This document shows, one piece after another, positions 1 to 9,975 of a DNA stretch of 64,000 nucleotides. The translations under genes were made by a program, and so were the position numbers. Position 1 is the first letter of the stretch; the number at the start of each line of letters is the position of its first letter. This DNA is from an uncultured Lachnospiraceae bacterium (lineage in GTDB: Bacteria > Bacillota > Clostridia > Lachnospirales > CAG-274). Where the stretch lies: contig CAYMAA010000001.1 in NCBI GenBank assembly GCA_964388305.1, positions 884 through 64,883 of the forward strand. The letters are read 5' to 3'. The notes under the pieces are model-generated. The model saw only the letters and a program-made list of their open reading frames with translations, had not been told where the DNA came from and searched no databases.

Positions 1-90
1 ACCCTCGGAAACAGCTTTGCAGGCGTCCAAAAGGGTCGTACCCTGTTCATACTGCTTAACCGAACCGTCTTTTAAAGTTACGTTAATCAT
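1..90 (-). CDS. thrS: threonyl-tRNA synthetase, N-terminal fragment (gene continues past the window start)
   Basis: The reverse complement of 1-90 starts at ATG and reads MINVTLKDGSVKQYEQGTTLLDACKAVSEG, which is a typical ThrRS TGS-domain N-terminus. GGAGG (98-102) lies 7 nt upstream. Confidence 0.7.
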   Translation of the reverse strand, partial: MINVTLKDGSVKQYEQGTTLLDACKAVSEG

Positions 91-204
91 TTTAATTCCT
101 CCTGTTTTCTTAACGTATTTTTTGTTTTATGTACTATAATATACTATAAACTATAAAAAAATTTATTTTTGCTTTATTAGTTATTCGGGACTTATTATGT
201 ATGG

Positions 205-609
205 CTATTCTCCATATACAATAAGCTGAGTTTCCCCGTTACTGTTCATATATACTTCTTCACTGCCGCCTATCATACCTATTGTGTAGAAGTTGACCAT
301 CCACATATTTGTTTCCTCATCATAAAAAACGGCGGCGGAGGTGTGTTCCACGGTACATTCCTTTGCGGCATTTTCCACCGCAGATGCGGAATCCGTTACG
401 GGAGCGGGGGAGTAGTTTTTAAAATGCTCCGTTTGAACAAAGTCATCGGCAGCATCAATGCCGTTAAGTACATCATTATAAGAAAATTCCTTTACATCGG
501 CTTGATTTTGCGCATCGGTTTCTTCATTATTAACGGAAGGCGCATTTGCGCAGCCGGATGCAACAAATGACAAAGCGGTTAAAAGAAAAATAACAGAAAG
601 TATTTTCAT
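205..609 (-). CDS. small secreted lipoprotein, unknown function
   Basis: This is the ORF track entry 205..681 trimmed to the internal ATG at 609, which has GGAGAA upstream. The N-terminus MKILSVIFLLTALSFVASGC has a signal peptide and a lipobox Cys. Confidence 0.6.
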   Translation of the reverse strand: MKILSVIFLLTALSFVASGCANAPSVNNEETDAQNQADVKEFSYNDVLNGIDAADDFVQTEHFKNYSPAPVTDSASAVENAAKECTVEHTSAAVFYDEETNMWMVNFYTIGMIGGSEEVYMNSNGETQLIVYGE

Positions 610-667
610 AAGCTGTTCTCCGTAAATTATAACATGAGTATTTATATTGACATTTTTACAATGTAAT

Positions 668-885
668 AAAAAACGCCCCACAAGCAGCGCCTATGGGACG
701 AGATAAACTATTGTGTATACCCGTTGTTCCACCCAAACAAGGTAGGTAATGCCATTAACGCAGGCCTGCGGGCGGCATTGACGCCTCTCAAAAGGGGGTA
801 CTTAAAAGCCCGTAAAACAGGCGCTTTCAGCAAAATGCGCCATTCTCTGAGTTTTCGTATGCTTAAAGCTTGTCCTTCTTCCACG
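668..885 (-). promoter_or_regulatory. T-box leader (candidate Thr specifier ACC; UAC not excluded)
   Basis: The minus strand shows three elements. The Stem I block CUCAGAGAAUGGCGCAUUUUGCUGAAAGCGCC is near-identical to the pheS T-box block at 25981-26013. The T-box sequence UUUGGGUGGAACAACGGG lies at 737-720. An 8-bp hairpin (700-693 / 681-674) is followed by U6 (673-668). Confidence 0.7.
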
Positions 886-1016
886 ATTTATTATATTATT
901 GCATTTTTAAAAGGCTTTGTCAAGTGTTAGTTTATTTTTTTGGGTATAAAAACAAAATAACAGCAGGACTGAAATGATCCGGCGCTAATTTTTATTTAAA
1001 GAATTTGAAAAAGCAA

Positions 1017-1045
1017 TTGACATATTTAGAAAAAAAATATATAAT
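1017..1045 (+). promoter_or_regulatory. sigma-A-type promoter for the cohesin/SLH gene
   Basis: TTGACA (1017-1022), a 17-nt spacer, then TATAAT (1040-1045). This leaves a leader of about 155 nt before the TTG start at 1209. Confidence 0.5.
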
Positions 1046-1208
1046 AGAGGAGTAAAAATGTTTTAAGAGATAAATAAGCTTAGAGCTATGTTGATTTTTC
1101 GGCAGATGTATAATTCCCGATGCAGCTGTGGTAATGTCGGCGGGTGCTGTGACCGTTATTTATCATAGGGAAGCATTTTATTAAAAATAAAATAAGGAGG
1201 AAGAGGAA

Positions 1209-4200
1209 TTGAGAAAATCAATTAAGAGAGCCATAAGCGGTATTTTGGCAGGTACCATGGTTCTTACGTCTTGCGTTATAAGCAATTTTACGGCATTTGC
1301 GGCAGCGGATACTACTCTTGCGGCCGGCAGTGTGAGCGGCAAGGCAGGCGAAACGGTTGAGGTTTCAATTGATCTTAGCGGAACAAAAGCGAACAATTCT
1401 ACTTTCTGGGTAGAATATGACTCTTCTGTTGCTAAGGCAACTTATGTTGAGCTTCTTGCAGAAGACGGTACTCTTGTTGACAAGACAGAAGATGTAATTT
1501 TTAACATTACGTCAGATAATCTTGTAAACGGTGATGATGTTTTTTACAACAAATATCCCGATTATATCGGCAGTACCGATAAGACCAACGCCGATGCCGG
1601 TGTTTTAAAGCTTGCTTATGACCTGGACAATAATGCCGAAGTTGACGGAACTGTTGCTAAAATTTCATTTACAATAAGCGACACAGCTAAGGCAGGGGAC
1701 AGCACAGCCATTACTCTTACAGAGGTTGACACAAGAACTGCGCCTTTAGGAGATAACACTGATCTTACAGTGGAACCCGTTAACGGCTCTATAACCGTAG
1801 TTGATGAAACATCAGCGGCTACTACTTTCAGCGCAGCAAAGGTTGAGGGCAAGGCAGGAGAAGAGGTTACGGTTGACGTTAAGGTTAGCGGCGAGCCTGC
1901 TATTAACAACGCAACATATTGGTTATCATACGATTCTGCGGTTGCAAAGGCAACTAATGTTGAAATTCTTGCCAAAGACGGAGTACAGTACGAAGATGTT
2001 ACAGGAGATGTAATTTATACAATTACAGAAGATAATGTTACAGGCGATTACGGCAAGATTGATGCTGAAAAGTACGGCAGTCATGTTGGCGAGAACACAG
2101 CAGATGTTGGTATTTTAAAGCTTGCTTTCAGCCTGGACTACAATTCTGAAATCAGCAATGATACTGTTATTGCCAAGGTTACATTTACAATAGCTGCCGA
2201 TGCTAAGGCAGGGGACAGCACAGATGTTACACTTGAAAACATCGAAACAAGAACAGCTCCAAACGGAGATAACATTGAAATTGATCCGATAATGGAGAAC
2301 GGTTCAATTACAGTTACAGAGGGCGGTTCAGCATCCGTTTATACATCTACTCTTACAGCAGATAAGGTAACGGCTAAGGCAGGAGAGACTGTTGACGTTG
2401 AAATTAAGCTTGACGGCACACCTGCAAGCAACTCTACATTCTGGGTAGAGTATGATCCTTCCGTTGCAATAGCAACAAAGGTTATGCTGCTTGAAAGAGA
2501 TAAAACAATGGGTGAAGAAACAGGTTCTGTAATTTATGAAATTACCAAGGATAACCTTGATAACGGCGATGAAGTTAAGTATGCTCCTTATGTTGACAGC
2601 GGAAAGACAACTGCCGATGTCGGTATTCTTAAGCTTGCTTTCGGCTTAGATGCTAACGAGGTTATAACAGGCACTGTTGCTGTTATTACATTTGAGGTTG
2701 CTTCTGACGCTAAGGAAGGCACATATCCTATTACACTTGAGGATATTGATACAAGAACAGCTCCTAATGCTGACAATGCAAAGATTGATGTAACTGAGGT
2801 TGCGGGTTCAATTACTATTGGCGAGCCTACACCTGAGGGAACAAAGCTTGAAGCAGACAAGGCAGTTGCAGCAGCTAAGACAGAAACAGTTACTGTAAAC
2901 ATTACCCTTAAGGATATTGTTGGCGCTGTAAACAACGGTACATTCTGGATTACATACGATCCTGCATATATCGAAGTTACTGAAGGCAAGGTACTTGGTT
3001 CCGGCGGCACGTTAAGCGAGGATCTCTTACTTACAATTGAAGACGCCAATGTAAATCACGTTGATGCAACAGTTGGCAGCGGAAGCACAATTCTGGGCGC
3101 TGAAGACGACATTTACACAACAGACGATATTGGCAAGACCAACTATGCAGTTGGTAAGATTAAGGCAGCATTTGCACTTGACAGCGTTTTAGGTGCAAGC
3201 GGAGTAGAATCTAACGTTATTACTGCAGATACTGTTGTTGCTACATTAACATTTAAGTTTAATGACGCAGCTCAGGCTGATACAGAATATCCTGTAACAC
3301 TCAAGGTTGTTGAAGATCACTTCTTCAATTCACCTGTTGCAACAGGCGACTTGTTTGTTCCTGTAGCAGTTGTTAACGGTTCGGTTAAGTATACCGAAAC
3401 AGTAACAGAAGGCTCAACAGAAACTTCTACAGAAGCTCCTACACAGGCTACAACCGAGACGCCAACACAGGCTACAACGGAAGCTCCAACTCAGGCTACA
3501 ACGGAAGCTCCTACACAGGCTCCTACACAGGCTACAACGGAAGCTCCTACACAGGCTACAACAGAAGCGCCTGCACAGGTTACTACTCAAGCTCCTGCTG
3601 AGGAATCTTCAGTAGAAACAACTCCTGCTTATGTTCGCCATAGCAGCGGCGGCAGTAGCGGCACAAGCCACTATGCAGTTTCAACAACACAAGCTACAAC
3701 AGAAGCCGCAAGTCAGGCAGTAACCGAAGAATCTGTTGAAAATACAACAGAAGCAAGGGCACAGCTTGACATAAGCACACCTGCTAACGGATACCACTTT
3801 GCATACATTGCAGGCTATCCTGACGGTACATTCGGGCCTACAAGGCAGATTTCCAGAGCCGAGGTTGCAGCTATATTTGCAAGACTTATTGAAGCTGACG
3901 GAAATATGCAGGTTTCAGGTACAGCTAATTATCCTGACGTAGACAACAGCAAGTGGTACGGCGGATATATTGGATACATTACCGATAAGGGTGTTATGAC
4001 CGGCGATACAAGCGGTACTTTCAGACCTGACAACTCTATTACAAGAGCAGAATTTGCTGTTGTACTTAGCAAGTTTGCAGGCAAGAAGAATGTAGAAGGC
4101 GTTGAATTCAGCGATGTTTCGGGACATTGGGCAGAAAGCGCCATTATGCAGGCAGCAGCTTACGGCTGGCTGGCAGGCAGTGACGGCAAGTTCAGACCTA

Positions 4201-4427
4201 ACGACTATATTACAAGAGCCGAAGCAGTTACAGCTATTAACGCAGCTACAGGCAGAACACCTGACAAGGCTTACATTAATGCAAATGATGTAAATACATT
4301 CAGTGACCTTGCATCAACAGCATGGTACTACTACAATGCTATTGAAGCTACAAATGCTCACTACTACACAGAGGGTGAAGTATGGTACGCTGATGAGGAC
4401 GCATATAATGCAGCGCTTGCAAAATAA
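1209..4427 (+). CDS. cell-surface anchoring scaffoldin: signal peptide, 4 cohesin modules, Thr/Pro-rich linker, 3 SLH repeats
   Basis: 1072-aa ORF with a TTG start 8 nt after GGAGG. Cohesin-like modules repeat (GKAGETVEVSIDL...FWVEYD...GSITV). The C-terminal SLH motifs are FAYIAGYPDGTFGP..ISRAE, YITDKGVMTGDTSGTFRPDNSITRAEF and GWLAGSDGKFRPNDYITRAEA. Confidence 0.9.
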   Translation: MRKSIKRAISGILAGTMVLTSCVISNFTAFAAADTTLAAGSVSGKAGETVEVSIDLSGTKANNSTFWVEYDSSVAKATYVELLAEDGTLVDKTEDVIFNITSDNLVNGDDVFYNKYPDYIGSTDKTNADAGVLKLAYDLDNNAEVDGTVAKISFTISDTAKAGDSTAITLTEVDTRTAPLGDNTDLTVEPVNGSITVVDETSAATTFSAAKVEGKAGEEVTVDVKVSGEPAINNATYWLSYDSAVAKATNVEILAKDGVQYEDVTGDVIYTITEDNVTGDYGKIDAEKYGSHVGENTADVGILKLAFSLDYNSEISNDTVIAKVTFTIAADAKAGDSTDVTLENIETRTAPNGDNIEIDPIMENGSITVTEGGSASVYTSTLTADKVTAKAGETVDVEIKLDGTPASNSTFWVEYDPSVAIATKVMLLERDKTMGEETGSVIYEITKDNLDNGDEVKYAPYVDSGKTTADVGILKLAFGLDANEVITGTVAVITFEVASDAKEGTYPITLEDIDTRTAPNADNAKIDVTEVAGSITIGEPTPEGTKLEADKAVAAAKTETVTVNITLKDIVGAVNNGTFWITYDPAYIEVTEGKVLGSGGTLSEDLLLTIEDANVNHVDATVGSGSTILGAEDDIYTTDDIGKTNYAVGKIKAAFALDSVLGASGVESNVITADTVVATLTFKFNDAAQADTEYPVTLKVVEDHFFNSPVATGDLFVPVAVVNGSVKYTETVTEGSTETSTEAPTQATTETPTQATTEAPTQATTEAPTQAPTQATTEAPTQATTEAPAQVTTQAPAEESSVETTPAYVRHSSGGSSGTSHYAVSTTQATTEAASQAVTEESVENTTEARAQLDISTPANGYHFAYIAGYPDGTFGPTRQISRAEVAAIFARLIEADGNMQVSGTANYPDVDNSKWYGGYIGYITDKGVMTGDTSGTFRPDNSITRAEFAVVLSKFAGKKNVEGVEFSDVSGHWAESAIMQAAAYGWLAGSDGKFRPNDYITRAEAVTAINAATGRTPDKAYINANDVNTFSDLASTAWYYYNAIEATNAHYYTEGEVWYADEDAYNAALAK
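1311..3392 (+). repeat. four tandem cohesin-module coding repeats
   Basis: The modules lie at about 1311-1800, 1821-2318, 2346-2819 and 2841-3392. Modules 1-3 share long blocks (ADVGILKLAF, AKAGDST, TRTAPxGDN, NGSITV). Module 4 is clearly divergent. Confidence 0.8.
3430..3598 (+). repeat. tandem 27-nt-class repeats encoding a TEAPTQATT linker
   Basis: The unit gaagctcctacacaggctacaacg recurs in imperfect copies. The protein reads TEAPTQATTETPTQATTEAPTQATTEAPTQAPTQATTEAPTQATTEAPAQVTTQAP. Confidence 0.85.
3798..4256 (+). other. three S-layer homology (SLH) repeats (cell-wall anchor)
   Basis: SLH consensus segments are visible in the translated C-terminus of the 1209..4427 ORF. Confidence 0.8.
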
Positions 4428-4467
4428 GAGTAATTAATAATTACTTGAAAAATTAGAGTAAATTTTT

Positions 4468-4497
4468 ACCCCGAGGTTAAACCCTCGGGGTTTTTTA
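4468..4497. terminator. bidirectional intrinsic terminator between the scaffoldin gene and gpr
   Basis: Hairpin ACCCCGAGG (4468-4476) / CCCTCGGGG (4482-4490), followed by T6 (4491-4496) and preceded by an A/T-rich run. Confidence 0.75.
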
Positions 4498-5466
4498 TTG
4501 CGTATATCGGTTAATATCATCAGAAGAGATTGCAGGGTGAAGAGCTATATTAATTGAGTTTGATATAATGTTTGTTAAACGGTTTATAACGGAGTCTACC
4601 TCTTTAGGGGTAACAAACAGGTTAGAGGCTGACGGGGTAAGCAGACCCGATATAAGATCGTACTTGTCATCATCTGTCATAGAGTTAAGGAGCTGATACA
4701 GGGCGGTGCTTTTGGTGGTTTGGTTAATAAGCTCGTTAAGAATTGTGTTTAATGTATCGTTTACAAGGGTTGCGGCATCTACAACAGTGGGAACACCTAT
4801 GGCTATTACAGGTATACCCAATGTTTTTTTGCTAAGCTCCATACGCTTATTGCCAACACCGGAGCCGGGGCATACTCCCGAGTCCGCAATTTGAATGGTA
4901 GTGTTAATTCTGGCGGCGGAACGGGCGGCAAGGGCATCTACCGCAATTATGTGTGTGGGTTTAATTTTTTCAGCAATGCCCTGTATAATTTCGCCTGTTT
5001 CAATGCCTGTAATGCCCATAACCCCCGGAGAAATGGCGGCAACACTGCGTACATTTTCATCTATATCCTCAGGCACTTGAGAAGAAATATGCCGAGTAAC
5101 AAGTATTTTAGAAATTACTTTAGGGCCTAAAGCATCGGGCGTTACATACTGATTACCCAAACCCACAACCAAAATATTTGAGTTTTCTTTCAGATTTAAG
5201 AGAGAAATTAGAGAGGAGCTGAGAATTTTTATAATTTGTTCGTGAGAGGAAATTTCGTTTTCCTTTAAGGATTGGCTTTCCAATGTAATATATGTGCCGG
5301 ACGGCTTGCCTGTTGCCTGCTCCGCCTCTTGAGAGGTTATTTTTACTGTGGTAAGGTGTATATTATTTATATCCTTTTCTTCCATATTTAAACCGTTTAT
5401 GCTTTGGGAGGAAAAGGACTGCGCAATTTCCATTGCCAAATCCGTGCGTGGTGTAAATTTATTCAT
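4495..5466 (-). CDS. gpr: germination protease (GPR endopeptidase)
   Basis: 323 aa. The N-terminus TPRTDLAMEIAQ and the overall length and layout are typical of spore protease GPR. Confidence 0.85.
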   Translation of the reverse strand: MNKFTPRTDLAMEIAQSFSSQSINGLNMEEKDINNIHLTTVKITSQEAEQATGKPSGTYITLESQSLKENEISSHEQIIKILSSSLISLLNLKENSNILVVGLGNQYVTPDALGPKVISKILVTRHISSQVPEDIDENVRSVAAISPGVMGITGIETGEIIQGIAEKIKPTHIIAVDALAARSAARINTTIQIADSGVCPGSGVGNKRMELSKKTLGIPVIAIGVPTVVDAATLVNDTLNTILNELINQTTKSTALYQLLNSMTDDDKYDLISGLLTPSASNLFVTPKEVDSVINRLTNIISNSINIALHPAISSDDINRYTQ

Positions 5467-5526
5467 TTTTTGCCTCCTTGAGTTTATTTATTTTTATTGT
5501 AACCCGTTTTAGGAAAGTTATAAGGC

Positions 5527-5580
5527 AAAAAAACCGCCTTTACAGCAGTTATCCCAATGACAAAACTACTGCAAAGACGG
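5527..5580 (-). terminator. terminator of the trp operon
   Basis: Minus-strand stem CCGUCUUUGCAG (5580-5569) / CUGUAAAGGCGG (5545-5534) has two G-U pairs and is followed by U7 (5533-5527). The loop is large (about 23 nt). Confidence 0.45.
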
Positions 5581-5588
5581 GTAACTTC

Positions 5589-6374
5589 TTATTTTTGAAG
5601 ATTGGAAATACTTTGCTTTATTTTTGAAACGAAGTCCGCTATGTACGGCCGGGAATTTGTGCCGTACTGCCCAATTTGCTTTACAATGGCAGAGCCTATA
5701 ATTACCCCATCGGCATATTGTGCCATTTCAGCCGCCTGTTTTGGGTTGGAAATTCCAAAGCCTATGGCGCAGGGAATGTTTGGGTTTGCCTTCCGCACAA
5801 GCTCCGTCATGGCGGAAATATTTGTGGTAATTTCCGACCGAATACCGGTTACACCAAGGGAAGATACGCAGTATACAAAGCCTTCGGCAGAGGCGGCGAT
5901 TTTTAAAATTCTGTCCTCGGAGGTAGGGGCAATAAGGCTTATAAAGTCCATACCGTGTTTACGAAAGGCAGGGGCGAACTCCTCCTTTTCCTCAAAAGGA
6001 ACATCGGGGAGAATAATGCCGTCCATACCTACTTCTGCGGCTGTTTTTGCAAAACGCTCTATACCATAAGAGAAAACCACGTTTGCGTATGTCATAAATA
6101 CAAGAGGTGTTGACAGTGTTTTACGCAGATCCTTAACCATTTCAAAAATTTTATCCGTTGTTGTGCCTGCGGATAATGCCCTTATATTTGCGGCTTGAAT
6201 AACGGGGCCTTCCGCCGTTGGGTCGGAAAAAGGTATGCCAAGCTCAATAATGTCAGCTCCGTATTCAGCCATTGTTTTAACAAGCAGGGCGGTTGTTTCC
6301 AAATTAGGATCACCGCAGGTTATAAAGGGTATAAATGCTTTTCCGTTTTTAAATGCGTTTTTAATATTACTCAT
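5589..6374 (-). CDS. trpA: tryptophan synthase alpha chain
   Basis: The ORF is trimmed to the ATG at 6374, which overlaps the trpB stop (ATGAGTAA). Motif [15 protein letters not shown]. Confidence 0.9.
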   Translation of the reverse strand: MSNIKNAFKNGKAFIPFITCGDPNLETTALLVKTMAEYGADIIELGIPFSDPTAEGPVIQAANIRALSAGTTTDKIFEMVKDLRKTLSTPLVFMTYANVVFSYGIERFAKTAAEVGMDGIILPDVPFEEKEEFAPAFRKHGMDFISLIAPTSEDRILKIAASAEGFVYCVSSLGVTGIRSEITTNISAMTELVRKANPNIPCAIGFGISNPKQAAEMAQYADGVIIGSAIVKQIGQYGTNSRPYIADFVSKIKQSISNLQK

Positions 6375-7557
6375 AAATGTTTTCACCTCTGTATCTTGCA
6401 ATGGCGGCACAGTCCTTATCTCCTCTGCCTGAAATGTTTATTACAATAATTTTATCCTTTGCCATGGTTGGAGCAAGCTTTAAAGCATAAGCTACGGCAT
6501 GGGCGGACTCTATGGCAGGTATAATGCCATCTGTACGGCTTAAATACTCAAAAGCGTTTACTGCCTCATCATCGGTTATGGCAACATATTCCGCTCTGCC
6601 AATATCGTGCAGCCATGCGTGCTCGGGGCCTATGCCGGGGTAATCCAACCCTGCGGAAATTGAGTAAACAGGGGCAATTTGACCGTATTTGTCCTGACAG
6701 AAGTAGGACTTCATACCGTGGAATATGCCAAGAGAGCCTGTATTTATTGTGGCGGCGGTTTCAAATGTGTCTATTCCTCTGCCTGCCGCTTCACAGCCAA
6801 TAAGACGAACGGAGGGGTCTTTTATAAAGTTATAAAATGCGCCCATGGCATTGCTGCCGCCGCCCACGCAGGCAATTACCGCATCGGGCAGACGGTTTTC
6901 CTTTTCCATAATCTGCTGTTTAATTTCTTTGGAAATTACCGACTGAAAATCTCTTACAATCATAGGGAAAGGGTGAGGGCCCATAACTGAGCCTAAGCAA
7001 TAGTGAGTGTCGTCTATACGGTTTGTCCACTCACGCATTGCCTCGGAAACTGCGTCCTTTAGGGTTGCCGTGCCTGTTTTTACGGGAATAACCTCCGAGC
7101 CTAAAAGACGCATACGGTACACGTTAAGAGCCTGCCTTTTAGTGTCCTCTTCTCCCATAAATACCACACATTCCATACCCAAAAGGGCGGCGGCGGTGGC
7201 TGTTGCAACACCGTGCTGACCTGCGCCTGTTTCCGCAATTAAACGTGTTTTGCCCATTTTTTTTGCCAAAAGCGCCTGACCCAGAACATTGTTTATTTTG
7301 TGAGAGCCTGTATGGTTTAAGTCCTCACGTTTAAGATAAATTTTTGCGCCGCCTAAGTCCTCAGTCATTTTTTTTGCAAAGTACAGCCTGCTTGGTCTGC
7401 CTGCATACTCGTTAAAAAGCTCCGTAAGCTCCCTGTTGAAGTCGGGATCGTTTTTATAGCGGTTATATGCTTTTTCAAGCTCAATTACGGCATTCATTAA
7501 TGTTTCGGGAATATATCTGCCCCCGTGTATGCCAAAGCGTCCTGTTGTTTTATCCAT
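6367..7557 (-). CDS. trpB: tryptophan synthase beta chain
   Basis: 396 aa, with the PLP-lysine motif HTGSHKINN. Confidence 0.95.
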   Translation of the reverse strand: MDKTTGRFGIHGGRYIPETLMNAVIELEKAYNRYKNDPDFNRELTELFNEYAGRPSRLYFAKKMTEDLGGAKIYLKREDLNHTGSHKINNVLGQALLAKKMGKTRLIAETGAGQHGVATATAAALLGMECVVFMGEEDTKRQALNVYRMRLLGSEVIPVKTGTATLKDAVSEAMREWTNRIDDTHYCLGSVMGPHPFPMIVRDFQSVISKEIKQQIMEKENRLPDAVIACVGGGSNAMGAFYNFIKDPSVRLIGCEAAGRGIDTFETAATINTGSLGIFHGMKSYFCQDKYGQIAPVYSISAGLDYPGIGPEHAWLHDIGRAEYVAITDDEAVNAFEYLSRTDGIIPAIESAHAVAYALKLAPTMAKDKIIVINISGRGDKDCAAIARYRGENIYE

Positions 7558-7569
7558 TTTATCACCTGC

Positions 7570-8166
7570 TTAATTTCTGATATAGTTAATTATTTGTTTA
7601 ATTTTTTCCTTATCCTTAAAGCCGTTGGTTTCAACTCCGCCGGAAACGTCTATTAATTCTGCCTGTGTTTTTAGGGCGTCGGCAATATTATTTATGTTAA
7701 TGCCGCCTGCCAGACCAAAGGGCCTTTCAAAGTCCTGCAAAAGCTGCCAGTTAAATGCTTTGCCGCTGCCCTGACCTGCATCTAACAGTATGAAATCCGC
7801 ATTTGAATCTGCCGCTTTTTTTATATCCTGTTGGGAGTGGATTTGAAATGCCTGCCAAACAGGTTTATCCGTAAGGCTTTTAAGCTCCGCTATGCAGGCA
7901 TTGTCCTCATTGCCGTGGAGCTGAGCAACGGATATAAAGCCGCTCGATAAAAGCTCTGCCACAAGCTCTGCCGGCTGATTTACAAAAACACCTACGGGAA
8001 TTACCTCGGAAGAAAGATTTTCCGAAAGTGTTTTAAGTGTTTCGGCGGAAATACTGCGGCGGCTTTTTGGAAAGTTTATTATAAAACCGCAGTAATCGGG
8101 TTTTAGGCAATTTATAATTTCAATATCTTCCTGCCTTTTAAGACCGCAAATTTTTATTTTTTTCAT
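7570..8166 (-). CDS. trpF: phosphoribosylanthranilate isomerase
   Basis: 198 aa. N-terminus MKKIKICGL, and the position between trpC and trpB fits. Confidence 0.85.
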   Translation of the reverse strand: MKKIKICGLKRQEDIEIINCLKPDYCGFIINFPKSRRSISAETLKTLSENLSSEVIPVGVFVNQPAELVAELLSSGFISVAQLHGNEDNACIAELKSLTDKPVWQAFQIHSQQDIKKAADSNADFILLDAGQGSGKAFNWQLLQDFERPFGLAGGININNIADALKTQAELIDVSGGVETNGFKDKEKIKQIINYIRN

Positions 8167-8951
8167 ACATTACCTCTTAAAGACGAAAGGGCGGCTGATT
8201 TGTTTTCCGCACGCATAAGTGTTTCTCCCACCAAAACGGCATCTGCTTCAAGCTCCGCAAGCGCCTGTATATCCTCGTGGGTGCGTATGCCGCTTTCCGC
8301 CACAAAGAGAACATTGTTTGGCACAAGGCTGCGAAGTTTACGGCAGTTTTCCATATTAACGGAAAAATCCTTTAGATTGCGGTTGTTTACACCTATTATT
8401 TCAGCGCCTGCACAAACAGCATTTTTAATTTCCGCCGGGTTATGTGCCTCTACCAATGCGGCAACACCTAAATTATGGCATATTTCAATATAATTTGAAA
8501 TTGTTTTTGTATCTAAAAGGGCGCATATTAACAAAACCGCATCAGCGCCCATAAGCCTTGCCTGATAGAGCTGATATTCATCTACAACAAAGTCCTTACG
8601 GAGCATGGGTATGGAAACGGTTTTTCTTATATCCGTAAAAATTTTGTCCGAACCCATAAACCATTTTGGCTCGGTAAGGCAGGATATACAGTCGGCGCCT
8701 GCCTGCTCATAGTCCTTTGCAATTTGCAGATAGGGGAAGTCCTCGGATATAATTCCCTTTGAGGGAGACGCCTTTTTTACCTCGCATATAAAGCTTAAAT
8801 TTGGGCGGCTTAAAGCGGCTGTAAATGCACTGCCGCCGCCCTTGCCTGCCTGAGCGCAAAGCTGTTTTAGCTCTGAAAGGGGAGTTGTTTCCTTATCCTT
8901 TGCTGCTCTTATTTTTGCATAATCCGCTATTGTTTGTAAAATTGTACTCAT
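8163..8951 (-). CDS. trpC: indole-3-glycerol phosphate synthase
   Basis: 262 aa with motif FICEVKKASPSKG. There is a 4-nt overlap with trpF. Confidence 0.9.
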   Translation of the reverse strand: MSTILQTIADYAKIRAAKDKETTPLSELKQLCAQAGKGGGSAFTAALSRPNLSFICEVKKASPSKGIISEDFPYLQIAKDYEQAGADCISCLTEPKWFMGSDKIFTDIRKTVSIPMLRKDFVVDEYQLYQARLMGADAVLLICALLDTKTISNYIEICHNLGVAALVEAHNPAEIKNAVCAGAEIIGVNNRNLKDFSVNMENCRKLRSLVPNNVLFVAESGIRTHEDIQALAELEADAVLVGETLMRAENKSAALSSLRGNV

Positions 8952-8961
8952 AGCCTTTTCC

Positions 8962-9975
8962 TCAGTTTGATTCTTTTATAAACTGCTCTAATTTTTTGTA
9001 AGCCGCGCCGCTGTCTATAAGATCTGCGGCAAGGGCAACACCATCCTTAAGGGTTGGAGCTTTATCGGCAATATACAGCGCCGCTCCCGCATTTAACAAA
9101 ACGGCATTGCGTTTATGCCCTTTTTCTCCCTTTAAAATTGAACGGGTAATTTCAGCATTTTCCGCAGGAGTTCCGCCTAAAAGATCCTGCTTTGTACAGC
9201 GTGTAAAGCCAAAATCCTCGGGGGAAATTACATAGCTTTTATATGTGCCGTTGCGCAGCTCGCAAACAGATGTGGGGGAGCTTAATGAAATTTCGTCCAA
9301 TTTATCCTGCCCGTAAACCACCATACCGCTTTTTACGCCAAGGCTTGTTAATACCCGTGCCAAAGGCTCTACAAGGCTTTCGTCATATACTCCCAAAAGC
9401 TGCATTGACGGGGAGGCAGGGTTTGTTAAAGGCCCTAAAATGTTAAATACAGTGCGTATGCCCAGCTCCTTGCGGATAGAGCCTACATATTTCATTGAAG
9501 TATGGTATTTTTGGGCGAAGAAGAAACACATTCCCACGTTTTTAAGAAGTTCCACACATTTTTCGGGGGATTGATCCAGATTTACTCCCAGCGCTTCAAG
9601 GCAGTCCGCAGTTCCGCATTGTGATGATGCGGCACGGTTGCCATGCTTTGCCACCTTAACACCTCCTGCTGCGGCTACAAGGGCAGATGTGGTGGAAATA
9701 TTGAAGGAATGGGCATTGTCGCCTCCTGTTCCCACAATTTCCAAAAGCTCTAAATTATGCTTTACCTTAATTGCGTGATCCCTCATGGCTGCGGCACAGC
9801 CGGAAATTTCCTCAATGGTTTCCGCCTTTGTGCTTTTTGTGGAAAGAGCTGCCAAAAAAGCCGCATTTTGGGTAGGGGTTGTTTCTCCGCTCATAATTTC
9901 GTTCATTACATCGTAGGCTTCCTTGTAGGTTAAGTCCTGCTTATCCACAATTTTTACTATTGCTTCTTTAATCAT
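8962..9975 (-). CDS. trpD: anthranilate phosphoribosyltransferase
   Basis: GTGGD motif. The start is set at the ATG at 9975, with AAAGGAG 8 nt upstream. This ATG overlaps the trpG stop (ATGA). Confidence 0.9.
   Translation of the reverse strand: MIKEAIVKIVDKQDLTYKEAYDVMNEIMSGETTPTQNAAFLAALSTKSTKAETIEEISGCAAAMRDHAIKVKHNLELLEIVGTGGDNAHSFNISTTSALVAAAGGVKVAKHGNRAASSQCGTADCLEALGVNLDQSPEKCVELLKNVGMCFFFAQKYHTSMKYVGSIRKELGIRTVFNILGPLTNPASPSMQLLGVYDESLVEPLARVLTSLGVKSGMVVYGQDKLDEISLSSPTSVCELRNGTYKSYVISPEDFGFTRCTKQDLLGGTPAENAEITRSILKGEKGHKRNAVLLNAGAALYIADKAPTLKDGVALAADLIDSGAAYKKLEQFIKESN

Noticed and set aside
724-930. 68-aa plus-strand ORF in the ORF track.
   Set aside because: It lies entirely over the minus-strand T-box leader and promoter region. 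It has no SD, and the GC-rich structured sequence explains the open frame.
9941-9949. Perfect DnaA-box sequence TTATCCACA (also at 19377-19385), considered as an oriC signal near rpmH.
   Set aside because: These are single isolated copies inside coding regions (trpD and the SLT gene). I found no cluster in the rpmH-proximal intergenic DNA.
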